Counted from the first letter of the stretch, positions 27,383 to 36,582 are shown. The stretch: DNA of 64,000 nucleotides from Thermoleophilia bacterium (GCA_020053595.1 JAGVMV010000024.1:29707-93706); one strand, 5' to 3'. Translations and numbers: made by a program. Notes: generated by a model not told the origin, from the sequence alone.

Positions 27383-27865
27383 TTACTTCTTGACCGGCAT
27401 CAGCAACTGAGCGCCTGAGAGAACTATCAGCACGCCGCCAGCGATAACGAAGAACCAGGGCATATTTCTCATGGGCAGCTGATTCGCCTTCTGGAAGTTG
27501 TCCACATTCCGGTCCATCACGGTGATGACCGTGCTGAAGTCTTGGCCCATCATGTCCATCTGGCCCATTCCATTCGCCACCCCGGGGAACTGCTGCTGCA
27601 TCATCTGGTTGAGCTGGTCCTCGCTCATTCCCATCGGTTGTGCGAACGCGGGCATCATTTTATTCATGTCGGTCTGCATGCCCCCGAAGGTCTGCATGTG
27701 TCCCTGGAAAGTCGTGACATTCGGACGTGTCAGCACGGGCTCGAAGTCCTTCATCATGTCAGCTCCAGCCGGCGCCCGATCGAACATCTTGTAGCCGACA
27801 GGTGCGATGAGCAGTGCAACCCCTACGATGAGTATCAAGATTGATAGAATTCTGTTGGCAGACAT
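27383..27865 (-). CDS. Met/Gln-rich membrane protein of unknown function (TM helix at each end)
   Basis: N- and C-terminal hydrophobic helices. Central repeats of M/Q-rich motifs (MQTFGGMQTDMNKMMP, MGQMDMMGQDF). Confidence 0.55.
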   Translation of the reverse strand: MSANRILSILILIVGVALLIAPVGYKMFDRAPAGADMMKDFEPVLTRPNVTTFQGHMQTFGGMQTDMNKMMPAFAQPMGMSEDQLNQMMQQQFPGVANGMGQMDMMGQDFSTVITVMDRNVDNFQKANQLPMRNMPWFFVIAGGVLIVLSGAQLLMPVKK

Positions 27866-28043
27866 ATGCCGCCTCCTGGTTGGGATTAAAGTACGTTTCT
27901 ATCTTCTAATGTACTTAACTATTCCCTTCTTGCCCGGATAGGGGGATCGCCCTGAGAGCGGTGTTATCTTCCTCCAGTAAGCAAGACTATTATTTCTTAA
28001 CTTCCAATGATATCATATTGATATCAATAGAAAGGTGGTTCGG

Positions 28044-28280
28044 ATGACCGATGTCCTGGTGCGCAACATCCCGGAAGAGGCTCTTCAGCGCCTGAAGCGA
28101 AAGGCCGCCAGCCGGAATCGCTCTCTGCAACAGGAGCTTCATGGCATCATCACCAATGCTGCATATGACGATGTGAATGCCCTTGTCGACCGCGTGCGTG
28201 AGCGGCGGGTCAGATATGAGGTCACGGGAAAAAAAGTGGAGGACAGTACGGGAATGATCCGGCGGGAGCGCAGCCGGTGA
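28044..28280 (+). CDS. vapB: VapB/FitA-like ribbon-helix-helix antitoxin
   Basis: MTDVLVRNIPEEALQRLKRKAASRNRSLQQELHGII matches the StbC/FitA antitoxin pattern. AAAGGTGG RBS. A downstream PIN toxin gene follows. Confidence 0.65.
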   Translation: MTDVLVRNIPEEALQRLKRKAASRNRSLQQELHGIITNAAYDDVNALVDRVRERRVRYEVTGKKVEDSTGMIRRERSR

Positions 28281-28311
28281 AACCGGATAACCCCCGGCGC
28301 AATCACAATCG

Positions 28312-28764
28312 ATGAATCCTGATATTCCTCCAAGAACCCTGGTGCTGGACACCAGCGTCGTCGCCAAGTGGTTTCTGCCTGAGCCGCTCAGCACGGAAGC
28401 GGATAGCGTTCTCGAGGAAGTTCGTCTGGGAAAGACACAAGTGGCTTCACCGGATCTGATCGTTTATGAGTTAGCCAATATCCTCTGGCAACGCCAGAAG
28501 AAGGAAGAGATCAGCGGCAGGCAGGCCGCCGCGATCATGTCGGATTTCGAGCGTCTTCCAATTCAGCTGGTCCCGGGAGATGTCCTCGGGTCTCAAGCAC
28601 TGAAAATCGCGGGAAGGACGGGCTGCACTGCTTATGACGGAGCATTCATGGCATTGGCGTCCGGCCTCAATTGCACCCTGATTACCGCGGACCAGAGATT
28701 TATCAGTCTGATGACCGGCACAAGATTCGCAAAGCGGGTTGTGTGGCTGGGTGAGTGGAAATAA
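28312..28764 (+). CDS. vapC: PIN-domain toxin VapC
   Basis: LVLDTSVV start and the conserved acidic residues of the PIN fold. Paired with the upstream RHH antitoxin. Confidence 0.8.
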   Translation: MNPDIPPRTLVLDTSVVAKWFLPEPLSTEADSVLEEVRLGKTQVASPDLIVYELANILWQRQKKEEISGRQAAAIMSDFERLPIQLVPGDVLGSQALKIAGRTGCTAYDGAFMALASGLNCTLITADQRFISLMTGTRFAKRVVWLGEWK

Positions 28765-28834
28765 TCGCCTGTCTTTCCGGCCTGATAGCATGATCATGCA
28801 AGCCTGATAGAATAGTTTCCATGAAAGGACCTGC

Positions 28835-29059
28835 ATGCAAATGAGGGACATCAAACCCCGCCCCAACCATGCGAAGTACGTACAGATTCTGCGCGGGCTG
28901 ACCCCGGAGGAGCGCCTTTTCAAGGCTTTTGAAATCTCGGCGTTCTCCAGGGATCTCTTCATGTCCGGCCTTCGGAAAAGATTCCCCGACTTAACTGAAG
29001 CTGACAGAAAAGAAATCTACCTGAGGCGACTGGAAAAATGTCACAACAGGAATTACTAG
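28835..29059 (+). CDS. Small (74 aa) helical protein, candidate partner of the downstream nucleotidyltransferase
   Basis: AAAGGA RBS. Overlaps the downstream gene by 22 nt (translational coupling). C-terminal R-x4-H motif (RLEKCH) resembles a HEPN signature. Confidence 0.4.
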   Translation: MQMRDIKPRPNHAKYVQILRGLTPEERLFKAFEISAFSRDLFMSGLRKRFPDLTEADRKEIYLRRLEKCHNRNY

Positions 29060-29538
29060 CAAAGGTAGTTTCGGCTCTCAACCATGCGGGCATCGACTAT
29101 ATGGTGACCGGCTCCCTGGTTTCGAGTCTTCAGGGCGAGCCACGCTCAACCCACGACATTGATTTCGTCGTATCGGCAGGGCCGGAGATTGTCGGGGCGC
29201 TCGTCGAAGTATTCCCCCCTCCTGATTACTATCTTGACAGAAAAAGCATTACGGAAGCGGTCAGCAGGCAGGATATGTTCAACCTGATCGATGTGAAATC
29301 CGGTGATAAGGCTGATTTCTGGATCTTAACGGATGAACCGTTCGACCGGTCCCGCTTTGCTAGAAAATATGAAGAGAACGTGCTGGGTATGAAACTCAAG
29401 GTTTCCAGTCCCGAGGACACGATTCTCGCCAAGTTGAGATGGGCCGCGCTGTCCGGAGGAAGTGAAAAACAGTTCATTGACGCCTTGCGGGTCTATGAGG
29501 TGCAATCTGGCAAACTGGACATGGAGTACCTTTCGTAG
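29038..29538 (+). CDS. Minimal nucleotidyltransferase (pol-beta superfamily) protein
   Basis: TGSLVSSLQGEPRSTHDIDFVV fits the GS-x(9-13)-DxD NTase motif. Confidence 0.55.
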   Translation: MSQQELLAKVVSALNHAGIDYMVTGSLVSSLQGEPRSTHDIDFVVSAGPEIVGALVEVFPPPDYYLDRKSITEAVSRQDMFNLIDVKSGDKADFWILTDEPFDRSRFARKYEENVLGMKLKVSSPEDTILAKLRWAALSGGSEKQFIDALRVYEVQSGKLDMEYLS

Positions 29539-29633
29539 AGCACCCAGGGATTCTTAACTCTTCTGACGTAAGACGGCTGTCTTTGAATCTTGCATACAGG
29601 TACGTGCTGGTCCTTCTTGACGGTAGCAGTTGC

Positions 29634-29822
29634 TTACTTGGCCGGTGGAACTCCGAGGTCTCTGCAGATTTTCTTCGCCAGGATATCCTGAATCTCTCGA
29701 TGCCTGGGAATCGCTGAACGTTTGTTTAAGTCCGGGTTGTGCCACCAGGAATGTCTACCGCCTTCTCTTAATTGCTCGCATCCGTTTGCTATTAAGTGCC
29801 GGATCAGTGCATCCCTTTTCAT
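29634..29822 (-). CDS. hicA: HicA-family mRNA interferase toxin
   Basis: 62-aa protein ALIRHLIANGCEQLREGGRHSWWHNP... typical of HicA (YcfA-like). Confidence 0.8.
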   Translation of the reverse strand: MKRDALIRHLIANGCEQLREGGRHSWWHNPDLNKRSAIPRHREIQDILAKKICRDLGVPPAK

Positions 29823-30031
29823 ACAGCAATCTGTTCTTCTTCGTAATCCTCTCCGGCTGCGGACACGGCATCCTGGCGATTAAAATCAAGCGCTTCTTTC
29901 AACGCCTCTTTCAAACTTTCAACCAATTCGGGTCTCGTCGACTCCTGGCAGTTCACACCGGGAACTTCTTCCATCCACCCTATCCACCAGCTCTCCGTTT
30001 TTTTGATTACAGCAGTATATTGGTTATCCAT
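29819..30031 (-). CDS. hicB: HicB-like antitoxin (UPF0150 family)
   Basis: YTAVIKKTESWWIGWMEEVPGVNCQESTRPELVESLKEAL matches the UPF0150/HicB N-terminal domain. Overlaps hicA by 4 nt. Confidence 0.7.
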   Translation of the reverse strand: MDNQYTAVIKKTESWWIGWMEEVPGVNCQESTRPELVESLKEALKEALDFNRQDAVSAAGEDYEEEQIAV

Positions 30032-30267
30032 GATGTTTTCCTCGCTTCATCCGGGATTGATGCCTCTAATAAACCTCATGATTATTAATTCTAAAGAGAT
30101 TAATCACTTTTGGCTATAGAGATTGATGCAATTCCCCCTCATAAATCTCCTTGCGGGTCTTATCCCTCAGCATCACGAAGTCTTGGTCAAAAGGCGGAGA
30201 GACAACCGACGACAACCTTGAAACCAAGTGCAAACAATGCAACCTTGGCAAGGGAAACGCATTTAAT

Positions 30268-30595
<328 letters not shown>

Positions 30596-30603
30596 GGCTG
30601 GCG

Positions 30604-30657
30604 GATGCGGTTCAAGATCGACGAGAACCTTCCCGAAGACGTGGCATCGGTCCAATA
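30604..30657 (+). pseudogene. Truncated DUF5615 (PIN-like, partner of DUF433) gene remnant
   Basis: MRFKIDENLPEDVASVQ-stop. Only the first 17 codons of the usual ~110-aa DUF5615 toxin remain. Confidence 0.5.
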
Positions 30658-30659
30658 GA

Positions 30660-30749
30660 GCTGCGCCCGATGAAATAAAAAAGCTTGTCGAACTGGGTGT
30701 TATAAAGCAAAAGGGGAGTGGACGGAGTACCCAATACGAACTGGCGTAG
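30660..30749 (+). pseudogene. C-terminal fragment of a RecG-like/AAA-HTH (AlbA_2/HATPase_c_4 family) protein
   Basis: ...PDEIKKLVELGVIKQKGSGRSTQYELA-stop resembles the conserved C-terminal wHTH tail of that family. No N-terminal part is present. Confidence 0.35.
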
Positions 30750-30773
30750 CCGTTCACGATTAAGTTCACGAAT

Positions 30774-31048
30774 AGGTTCACGAATAATGACTCCGGACTC
30801 ACCAAACGCGCCAGTTGTCACACTTTCCGCCACTCATTTGCCACGCATCTGCTCGAAAACGGCTACGACATCCGCACCATCCAGGAACTGCTGGGACACA
30901 AGGACATAAAATTACCATGATTTATACCCATGTACTCAATCAGGGTGGGCAAGGCGTCCAGAGTCCAATTGACAAGTTGCCTCGGCGATGGACGATTAAC
31001 CGGATCAATCTAAACCGCCAGCTTAGAACCTGTTCTTCCTGCAATTGT
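30774..31048 (+). pseudogene. intI: Integron-type tyrosine recombinase (IntI/XerD-like) gene: C-terminal ~55-codon fragment, frameshifted
   Basis: ...[36 protein letters not shown], then a frameshift, then [22 protein letters not shown] in the other frame. This is the hallmark C-terminal catalytic region with the Tyr box of integron integrases. No N-terminal 300 codons are present. Confidence 0.7.
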
Positions 31049-31130
31049 TGGAATATTGTGTGAAGGGATAGGGGTTTATACTGCAGAATATTCAGTGTTG
31101 GGGGTTGTTATATGGATACGTATAAACACT

Positions 31131-31137
31131 GTTAGGC
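31131..31137 (+). other. GTTAGGC core recombination site (R'-type) forming the 5' boundary of the exonuclease cassette
   Basis: Exact GTTRRRY consensus, preceded by a 7-bp stem CAGTGTT/AACACTG. It lies 32 bp upstream of the cassette ORF. Confidence 0.5.
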
Positions 31138-31168
31138 ACTTTGTCAGACCAGCTTCCGAGGTAGAGCA

Positions 31169-32440
31169 ATGTCACGGTCCCTGATCGCAGGTCCCATAGG
31201 CGTGATCGACGTGGAGACGACGGGGTTGTTCCCGTCCCGGCATGATCGCGTGGTAGAGGTGGCTGCCGTTGTTGTGGGAGCTGACGGGCGCATTGAACGC
31301 GAGTTCGTATCGCTGGTGAACCCAGCTCGGGACATCGGGCCGAGCAGCATCCACGGTTTGACCTCGGAAGATATTCTCCACGCGCCGCAGTTTGCAGAGA
31401 TCGCAGCACTACTATTGGACGTGCTGAGTGGCACGGTGGCGATAGCCGCTCACAACGTTCGATTCGACCGCCAGTTCTTGGAGAGCGAATTCTCACGGCT
31501 GGAGTGCCAGTTACCGGACTGTTTCAGCATTTGCACAATGCAGCTGGCGGGGGGCGGGAGACTAGCGGACTGTTGTCGTGACTATGGAATCTCACCAGAA
31601 GGCGATGCTCATCACGCCCTCGCCGATACTCATGCCGCTGCTCTGCTACTGACCTGCCTTCTCGCCGACCAGCCTCGCACGGTTCAGAAGCTCAGCAAAC
31701 TTGCGCCGGTTCAGTGGCCGACCGTTCCCCGCACGATGAAGCAACCCGTCACGCGCGATGAGTCACGCCGTCGCCAAACTGAACCGCCCACATTCTTGCA
31801 GTATCTTCTCGAACGAATGCATGGTCACGGATTTCCGGACGCCACCGACGGGGCGGTTATGGCTTACGTGGCGTTGCTTGATCGCTTCCTGGAAGATCGT
31901 CATGTGGACGACTCTGAAGCCGATGCACTCGTGGAAACGGCTACAAAATGGGGCCTGAGCGGGGACCAGATATCCCTTGCCCACCGTGACTATCTGAATC
32001 AATTGGCAATTGCTGCAGTAGCCGACGGAATCGTCACGGACGCGGAACGACGGGACCTGAAGCTTGTCGCGCACCTGCTGGGCCAGGAGAAACGCGACTT
32101 GGACGAGATACTCAGTGAAGCTGCTGCGAAGGTGTGCGAGACACATCCCGATCCGGCCACGGCCAAACCCGCCGAGGAGAGCCTGATCGGGATGCGCGTT
32201 TGTTTCACAGGGGAGCTACAGTGCCATCATGACGGAGAGATGATTTCGCGCGAGTTGGCCGAAGAGCTCGCCAGTAGAGCCGGGCTTGTTGTGGCGGACT
32301 CTGTCACCAAGAAGCTCGATCTTCTTGTATTGGCCGACCCGCACACACAGTCTGGAAAGGCCAAAAAGGCCCGGCAGTATGGCATTCGGATCATGCACGA
32401 GCCCGTGTTCTGGAAGGCTATCGGCGTGAATGTGGAATGA
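31169..32440 (+). CDS. Cassette-encoded DEDDh 3'-5' exonuclease (DnaQ-like) fused to a TerB-like helical domain and a C-terminal BRCT domain
   Basis: Exo I IDVETTG, Exo II AHNVRFDRQFL, Exo III HHALADTHAAAL. The central helical region is TerB-like by composition. C-terminal GMRVCFTGEL...LLVLADP...SGKAKKARQYGIRIM is BRCT-like. Confidence 0.8.
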   Translation: MSRSLIAGPIGVIDVETTGLFPSRHDRVVEVAAVVVGADGRIEREFVSLVNPARDIGPSSIHGLTSEDILHAPQFAEIAALLLDVLSGTVAIAAHNVRFDRQFLESEFSRLECQLPDCFSICTMQLAGGGRLADCCRDYGISPEGDAHHALADTHAAALLLTCLLADQPRTVQKLSKLAPVQWPTVPRTMKQPVTRDESRRRQTEPPTFLQYLLERMHGHGFPDATDGAVMAYVALLDRFLEDRHVDDSEADALVETATKWGLSGDQISLAHRDYLNQLAIAAVADGIVTDAERRDLKLVAHLLGQEKRDLDEILSEAAAKVCETHPDPATAKPAEESLIGMRVCFTGELQCHHDGEMISRELAEELASRAGLVVADSVTKKLDLLVLADPHTQSGKAKKARQYGIRIMHEPVFWKAIGVNVE

Positions 32441-32472
32441 GCGAGAATCATGCCGCAGGGTGATGTCGCCGT

Positions 32473-32570
32473 GCCTAACAAAACGCTCACCTGCCGCGGC
32501 CCGCATTGCGTTCCTCGGGGTTCGACACCCCCTTGCACCGGGCCGCGGCAGGTGAGCGCCAACGTTAGGC
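32473..32570 (+). other. attC recombination site (98 bp): R'' GCCTAAC, imperfect inverted repeats L''/L', R' GTTAGGC
   Basis: GCCTAAC-AAAACGCTCACCTGCCGCGGCCCG ... CGGGCCGCGGCAGGTGAGCGCCAAC-GTTAGGC. One extrahelical base asymmetry between the arms. Located 33 bp after the cassette ORF stop. Confidence 0.7.
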
Positions 32571-32650
32571 AGTAGGCCCAGTGGTTTTATGGAGCCGAGG
32601 ATTTGGTTGGGGGTTGTTGTGGGTTTAAGTTGCAAAAACGGGAGGTCATC

Positions 32651-33647
32651 GATGAAGAAAAAATTCCTATCGATCGGACAGATCCTAGCCCTGGGTGCGT
32701 TTCTGATCGTCTATATCGGGGTAGTGGCTGGGTGTGGCGGAACTACCGAGGAAAGCGGAGGATCGGCTTCTCGAAGCGACGAGGCCACGCTGGTCGCCAT
32801 GACGGAATCCGGCAGCCATCAGAATCCCGCCTGGTCCCCCGACGGTTCGGCACTCCTCTTCACCCGTTGGCGAAGCGGTTACAATACGGGTGCAGCCGAC
32901 CTCTTCGTCGTTACCCTCGCCGATCTCGCCCTCAGGACGCTCGTCTCGGACGGAAGCGCCAACGTGAATCTTCCGGGATCGGCATCGACCTGGAACGGAA
33001 CGACCGACGAAATCGTTTTCACCTCCTCGCGTGACCCCCACGACGAGGCCTACGTGATCGGTGAAAACGGCGCCAGAGGTTCGGCGACGCAGGTGACATC
33101 TCGTCCCAACCACGTAGTCTTCGAAGCGTCCCTTTCCCCGGACGCTCAATCGATCGTCTTCGAATCGCATCAGGTCGACGTGGAGGACAACGGCGTCATC
33201 TTCCGTTACAAAAGAGACGGGAGCGAGGGCTATGTGCCCTTGACGCCCGCCGGCATGGACTGCCGTCAACCGGTCTGGTCCCCCACCAGAGATAAGATCG
33301 TTTGCCAGTGCAAGGTAGGCGGTCAATTCGCGGTCTTTGTGATGAAGACCGACGGGGCCACCCTGACACAAGTCACGGGCGGAGCAGGTGAGATGACGGA
33401 CCCATCTTTCTCCCCTGACGGCTTGATGGTCGTCTACAGCTCGAACGAAGGAGGACTTGCTCAGGCCAATCTTTTTGTCGTTCCCGTGACAGGTGGACAC
33501 TCGACACGGGTAACCAACTATTCCGGCTACGATGGCGCACCCTCATGGTCTCCGGATGGAACGAAGATCGCTTTCGAGTCCTCACCGAGTGATCCCGACG
33601 GGTCCGCGGGGACTAAGCTTTACATCATCGCCGCACTGTCTCCCTAG
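32651..33647 (+). CDS. TolB-like WD40/PD40 beta-propeller lipoprotein (cassette 2). The ATG at 32651 follows a GGGAGG RBS.
   Basis: Signal peptide with lipobox VVAG-C. Repeated ...PAWSPDGS..., ...SLSPDAQSIVF..., ...PSFSPDGLMVVY..., ...APSWSPDGTKIAF... PD40 repeats. Confidence 0.7.
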
Positions 33648-33785
33648 ACGAGCCCCATGGCCGGCCACGACCGTATAAAGTCCCCGTGCAGACAAAGGGG
33701 TCAGCGCTTTACTTTATATTTATTGCCAGTAGTGTCCGGTTAGGGAACGGTGTCAGACTTGCCTAAGTTGTCCAACAATGCACTG

Positions 33786-33848
33786 GAGCCGACCGTATGA
33801 TATCTGCGCATTTTAGCGTTGCCCTGCGGTCGGCGGCTCAGTTTTTTC
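33786..33848 (+). terminator. Hairpin plus T-tract: terminator of the cassette region, or a leader attenuator of trpS
   Basis: Stem GAGCCGACCG / CGGTCGG(CG)GCTC with a long loop, followed by GTTTTTTC. It lies ~45 bp upstream of the trpS start. Confidence 0.35.
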
Positions 33849-33893
33849 ATTAGATCGCGTGCTTTTCCCGCCCCCTTCCGATAAAATCCAGCC

Positions 33894-34910
33894 ATGCCAG
33901 AAACGCCCAAGCAGCCCAGCCTCCCACCGCGTGAAAGAGTCTTCTCCGGTATGCGGCCCACCGGCCGCCTGCACTTGGGCCACCTCCTCGGCGCCCTCCC
34001 CAACTGGGTAAAACTCCAGGACGACTACGACTGCTTCTACTGCGTCGCCGACCTGCACGCGTTGACCACTCGCTACGACAACGTCGCGGGCATGAAGCAG
34101 GACGGCATCGAGATGGTCGCCGACTGGATTGCCACCGGCATCGACCCGGAGCGCAGCGTCATCTTCCGCCAGTCGGAGGTCAAGGAACACAGCGAGCTGG
34201 CCCTGCTGCTGGGGATGCTGGTGCCGGTCTCGTGGCTCACGCGGGTGCCTTCCTATAAAGAGATGGTCACCGAGCTGGGCGAGCGCGTCGCCACCCTCGG
34301 CTTCCTCGGCTACCCGGTGCTGCAGACCGCCGACATCATCCTATATAAGGCCGGGCGCGTGCCCGTCGGCGAGGACCAGCTTTCGCATCTGGAGCTGGCG
34401 CGCGAGATCGTGCGGCGTTTCAACGGCCTCTACGGTCCGGTCTTTCCGGAGCCCAAAGCGCTGCTTACCCAGACGCCACGGCTGCTGGGGCTGGACGGGC
34501 GCAAGATGAGCAAGTCCTACGGCAACTCTATCGACATCGCAGAAGACCCGGAATCCGTACGTAAGAAGATTTCTTCAATGTTCACCGACCCGGCGCGCCA
34601 GCGGCTCAAGGACCCCGGCCACCCGGAGAAATGCAACGTGTTCTCCTATCACCAGTTTTTCGAGGCGCCCGAGGCCGAGCTTGACGAGATCGACACCGGC
34701 TGCCGCGCCGCCACCATCGGTTGTACGGAATGTAAAGACAGGCTGGCCGACCGCATCATGGCGCGGCTCGACCCCATCCGGGAGAAGCGCGAGGCGTTGC
34801 TCGCCGAGCCCGGACGCATGGAGGCTATCCTGCAGGACGGCCGTGCACGGGCGCAGGTCGTGGCCACGGAAGTGCTCGATGAGGCATGCAGGGCGATCGG
34901 CATAGAATGA
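33894..34910 (+). CDS. trpS: Tryptophan--tRNA ligase
   Basis: HLGHLLGAL HIGH-type motif and KMSKS motif (GRKMSKSYGN). Confidence 0.9.
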   Translation: MPETPKQPSLPPRERVFSGMRPTGRLHLGHLLGALPNWVKLQDDYDCFYCVADLHALTTRYDNVAGMKQDGIEMVADWIATGIDPERSVIFRQSEVKEHSELALLLGMLVPVSWLTRVPSYKEMVTELGERVATLGFLGYPVLQTADIILYKAGRVPVGEDQLSHLELAREIVRRFNGLYGPVFPEPKALLTQTPRLLGLDGRKMSKSYGNSIDIAEDPESVRKKISSMFTDPARQRLKDPGHPEKCNVFSYHQFFEAPEAELDEIDTGCRAATIGCTECKDRLADRIMARLDPIREKREALLAEPGRMEAILQDGRARAQVVATEVLDEACRAIGIE

Positions 34911-34983
34911 TTAGCGGCACGTGCATAATGGAAAAAATGGGCCGGCAGATGCCGGTTTATCGGGTAAAAGGGATTTAGGCGTA

Positions 34984-35742
34984 ATGGCACACGACTGGGA
35001 CCTCGAGCTTCTCGACCTCGACCTGGAGGTATTCCAGGGTCCGTTCGACCTGCTGCTGACGCTCATCCTCAAGGAAGAGATCAGCATCTTCGAGGTGTCG
35101 CTCTCGGATATCGTTATTTCCTACCTGGAGAAGCTGGAGGCTGAAGAGGAACTTGACCTGGACGCCGCCAGCGAGTTCCTCATCCTGATGAGCGCCCTGC
35201 TGGAGATCAAGTCGGCGCAGCTGCTGCCCAAGCCCGAGGAGCTGGACCTGGAGGAGCTGACGCCGGAGGAGGCCCGCGAGGAGCTGGTCATCCGGCTGAT
35301 CACCTACAAGAAGTTCAAGGAAGCGGCTTCGTGGATGCGCGCTCGCCACGACGTCACCCGCCACTGGCGCTATCGGGCGGCGCCGCTGCCGAAGATCAAG
35401 GGCCGTGGCCAGGAAGAGGTACCGCACAAGTACGATCCCTCGAGGCTGACCGACGCGCTCAAGGTGCTGCTGGCCGAACCGCCGGAGATACGCACCGACC
35501 ATATGACCCGGGTCACCGCCAACGTCTGGGAGCAGATGAAGGCGATCCGGACGGCGGTCAGGCATCAGGCCAAGGTGGCCTTCGAGGACATCGTCGGCGA
35601 CGCTGACCGGGTCACCCAGGCGGTGACCTTCTTCGCGCTGCTGGAGATGTACAATTCCGGCGAGCTGGAAGTCGAGCAGGAGCAGCTGTTCGGGCGGATA
35701 TTGATTTATGCGGCGGAGAAGAGCGGCAAATTGATCGCCTAG
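34984..35742 (+). CDS. scpA: Segregation and condensation protein A. The start is chosen at MAHDWDLELL; the ORF track starts at 34921.
   Basis: FQGPFDLLLTLILKEEISIFEVSLSDIVISYL is the ScpA N-terminal signature. scpB follows. Confidence 0.8.
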   Translation: MAHDWDLELLDLDLEVFQGPFDLLLTLILKEEISIFEVSLSDIVISYLEKLEAEEELDLDAASEFLILMSALLEIKSAQLLPKPEELDLEELTPEEAREELVIRLITYKKFKEAASWMRARHDVTRHWRYRAAPLPKIKGRGQEEVPHKYDPSRLTDALKVLLAEPPEIRTDHMTRVTANVWEQMKAIRTAVRHQAKVAFEDIVGDADRVTQAVTFFALLEMYNSGELEVEQEQLFGRILIYAAEKSGKLIA

Positions 35743-35781
35743 CCGGAGAAACTTTGTATTTGAAAAATACTGGAGGCTGTT

Positions 35782-36576
35782 TTGGACGACCAGGATATTC
35801 AGGAACCGGAATCAGAAGATGAAGAGCTGATGGATGACCTCGAAATGGCGGAGGCTGATAGCCCGGCCGCGGTAACTGCCGGTGCCCCGGACTTCGAAAC
35901 TGAATATGTAGAAGAAGCTGACGAAACAGCCGCCGATATGACGGCAGAAGAAACTGCTGATGAACCTGCACTGGAAGCCTTTGCCGCGCAAGCGCCCGCG
36001 CCTGACACCGCCGACATCATCCGCGATATCGAGGCGATCCTTTTCATCGCCCCGGATCCGGTCAGCCTCGAAGTCCTCGCGGAGGTGACCAGCACTGAAG
36101 GCGAAGCCCTGGCCCACGCGGTCGAATCCGTGCGCGAGAAATATTCAGACCCTGATGGCGGCATCATCTTCGCCGAGATAGCCGGCGGTTACACCTTCCG
36201 CACCGGCGACTTCGCCCGCGAGGCGGTCGAGCGTTTCTGCCGCCGTCCTGTGGATTATTCCCTGTCGCCTGCGGCAATGGAGACGCTGGCCATCGTTGCC
36301 TACCTGCAGCCGATCACCCGGCCCGAGATCGCCCGCATTCGCGGCGTCGGCGCCGACACGGTGGTCGCCAACCTGCTGGACAAGGGGCTGGTGGCGGAAG
36401 CCGGGCGCGCCCAGCAGACGGGAGCCGTCAAGTACCGCACGACGGAGGCGTTCGAGAAGCTGTTCGGGCTGGCTGAGATGGCCGATCTGCCTTCGCTGGA
36501 AGGCTTCGAGGCTACGGCGGCAGACGTCGAGGAACTGCGCGAAAAGCTGCATTTGGCCGCGGACAAACGGCAGTAA
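35782..36576 (+). CDS. scpB: Segregation and condensation protein B with an acidic N-terminal extension
   Basis: IEAILFIAPDPVSLEVLAEV...wHTH repeats of ScpB. The first ~75 aa are D/E-rich. Confidence 0.85.
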   Translation: MDDQDIQEPESEDEELMDDLEMAEADSPAAVTAGAPDFETEYVEEADETAADMTAEETADEPALEAFAAQAPAPDTADIIRDIEAILFIAPDPVSLEVLAEVTSTEGEALAHAVESVREKYSDPDGGIIFAEIAGGYTFRTGDFAREAVERFCRRPVDYSLSPAAMETLAIVAYLQPITRPEIARIRGVGADTVVANLLDKGLVAEAGRAQQTGAVKYRTTEAFEKLFGLAEMADLPSLEGFEATAADVEELREKLHLAADKRQ

Positions 36577-36582
36577 GTTTGT

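Noticed and set aside
33738-33775. attC site closing the TolB-like cassette
   Set aside because: GTTAGGG and GCCTAAG are only near-consensus and occur in the wrong relative order for one attC. No convincing L''/L' inverted repeats are present. It is reported only as degenerate remnants.
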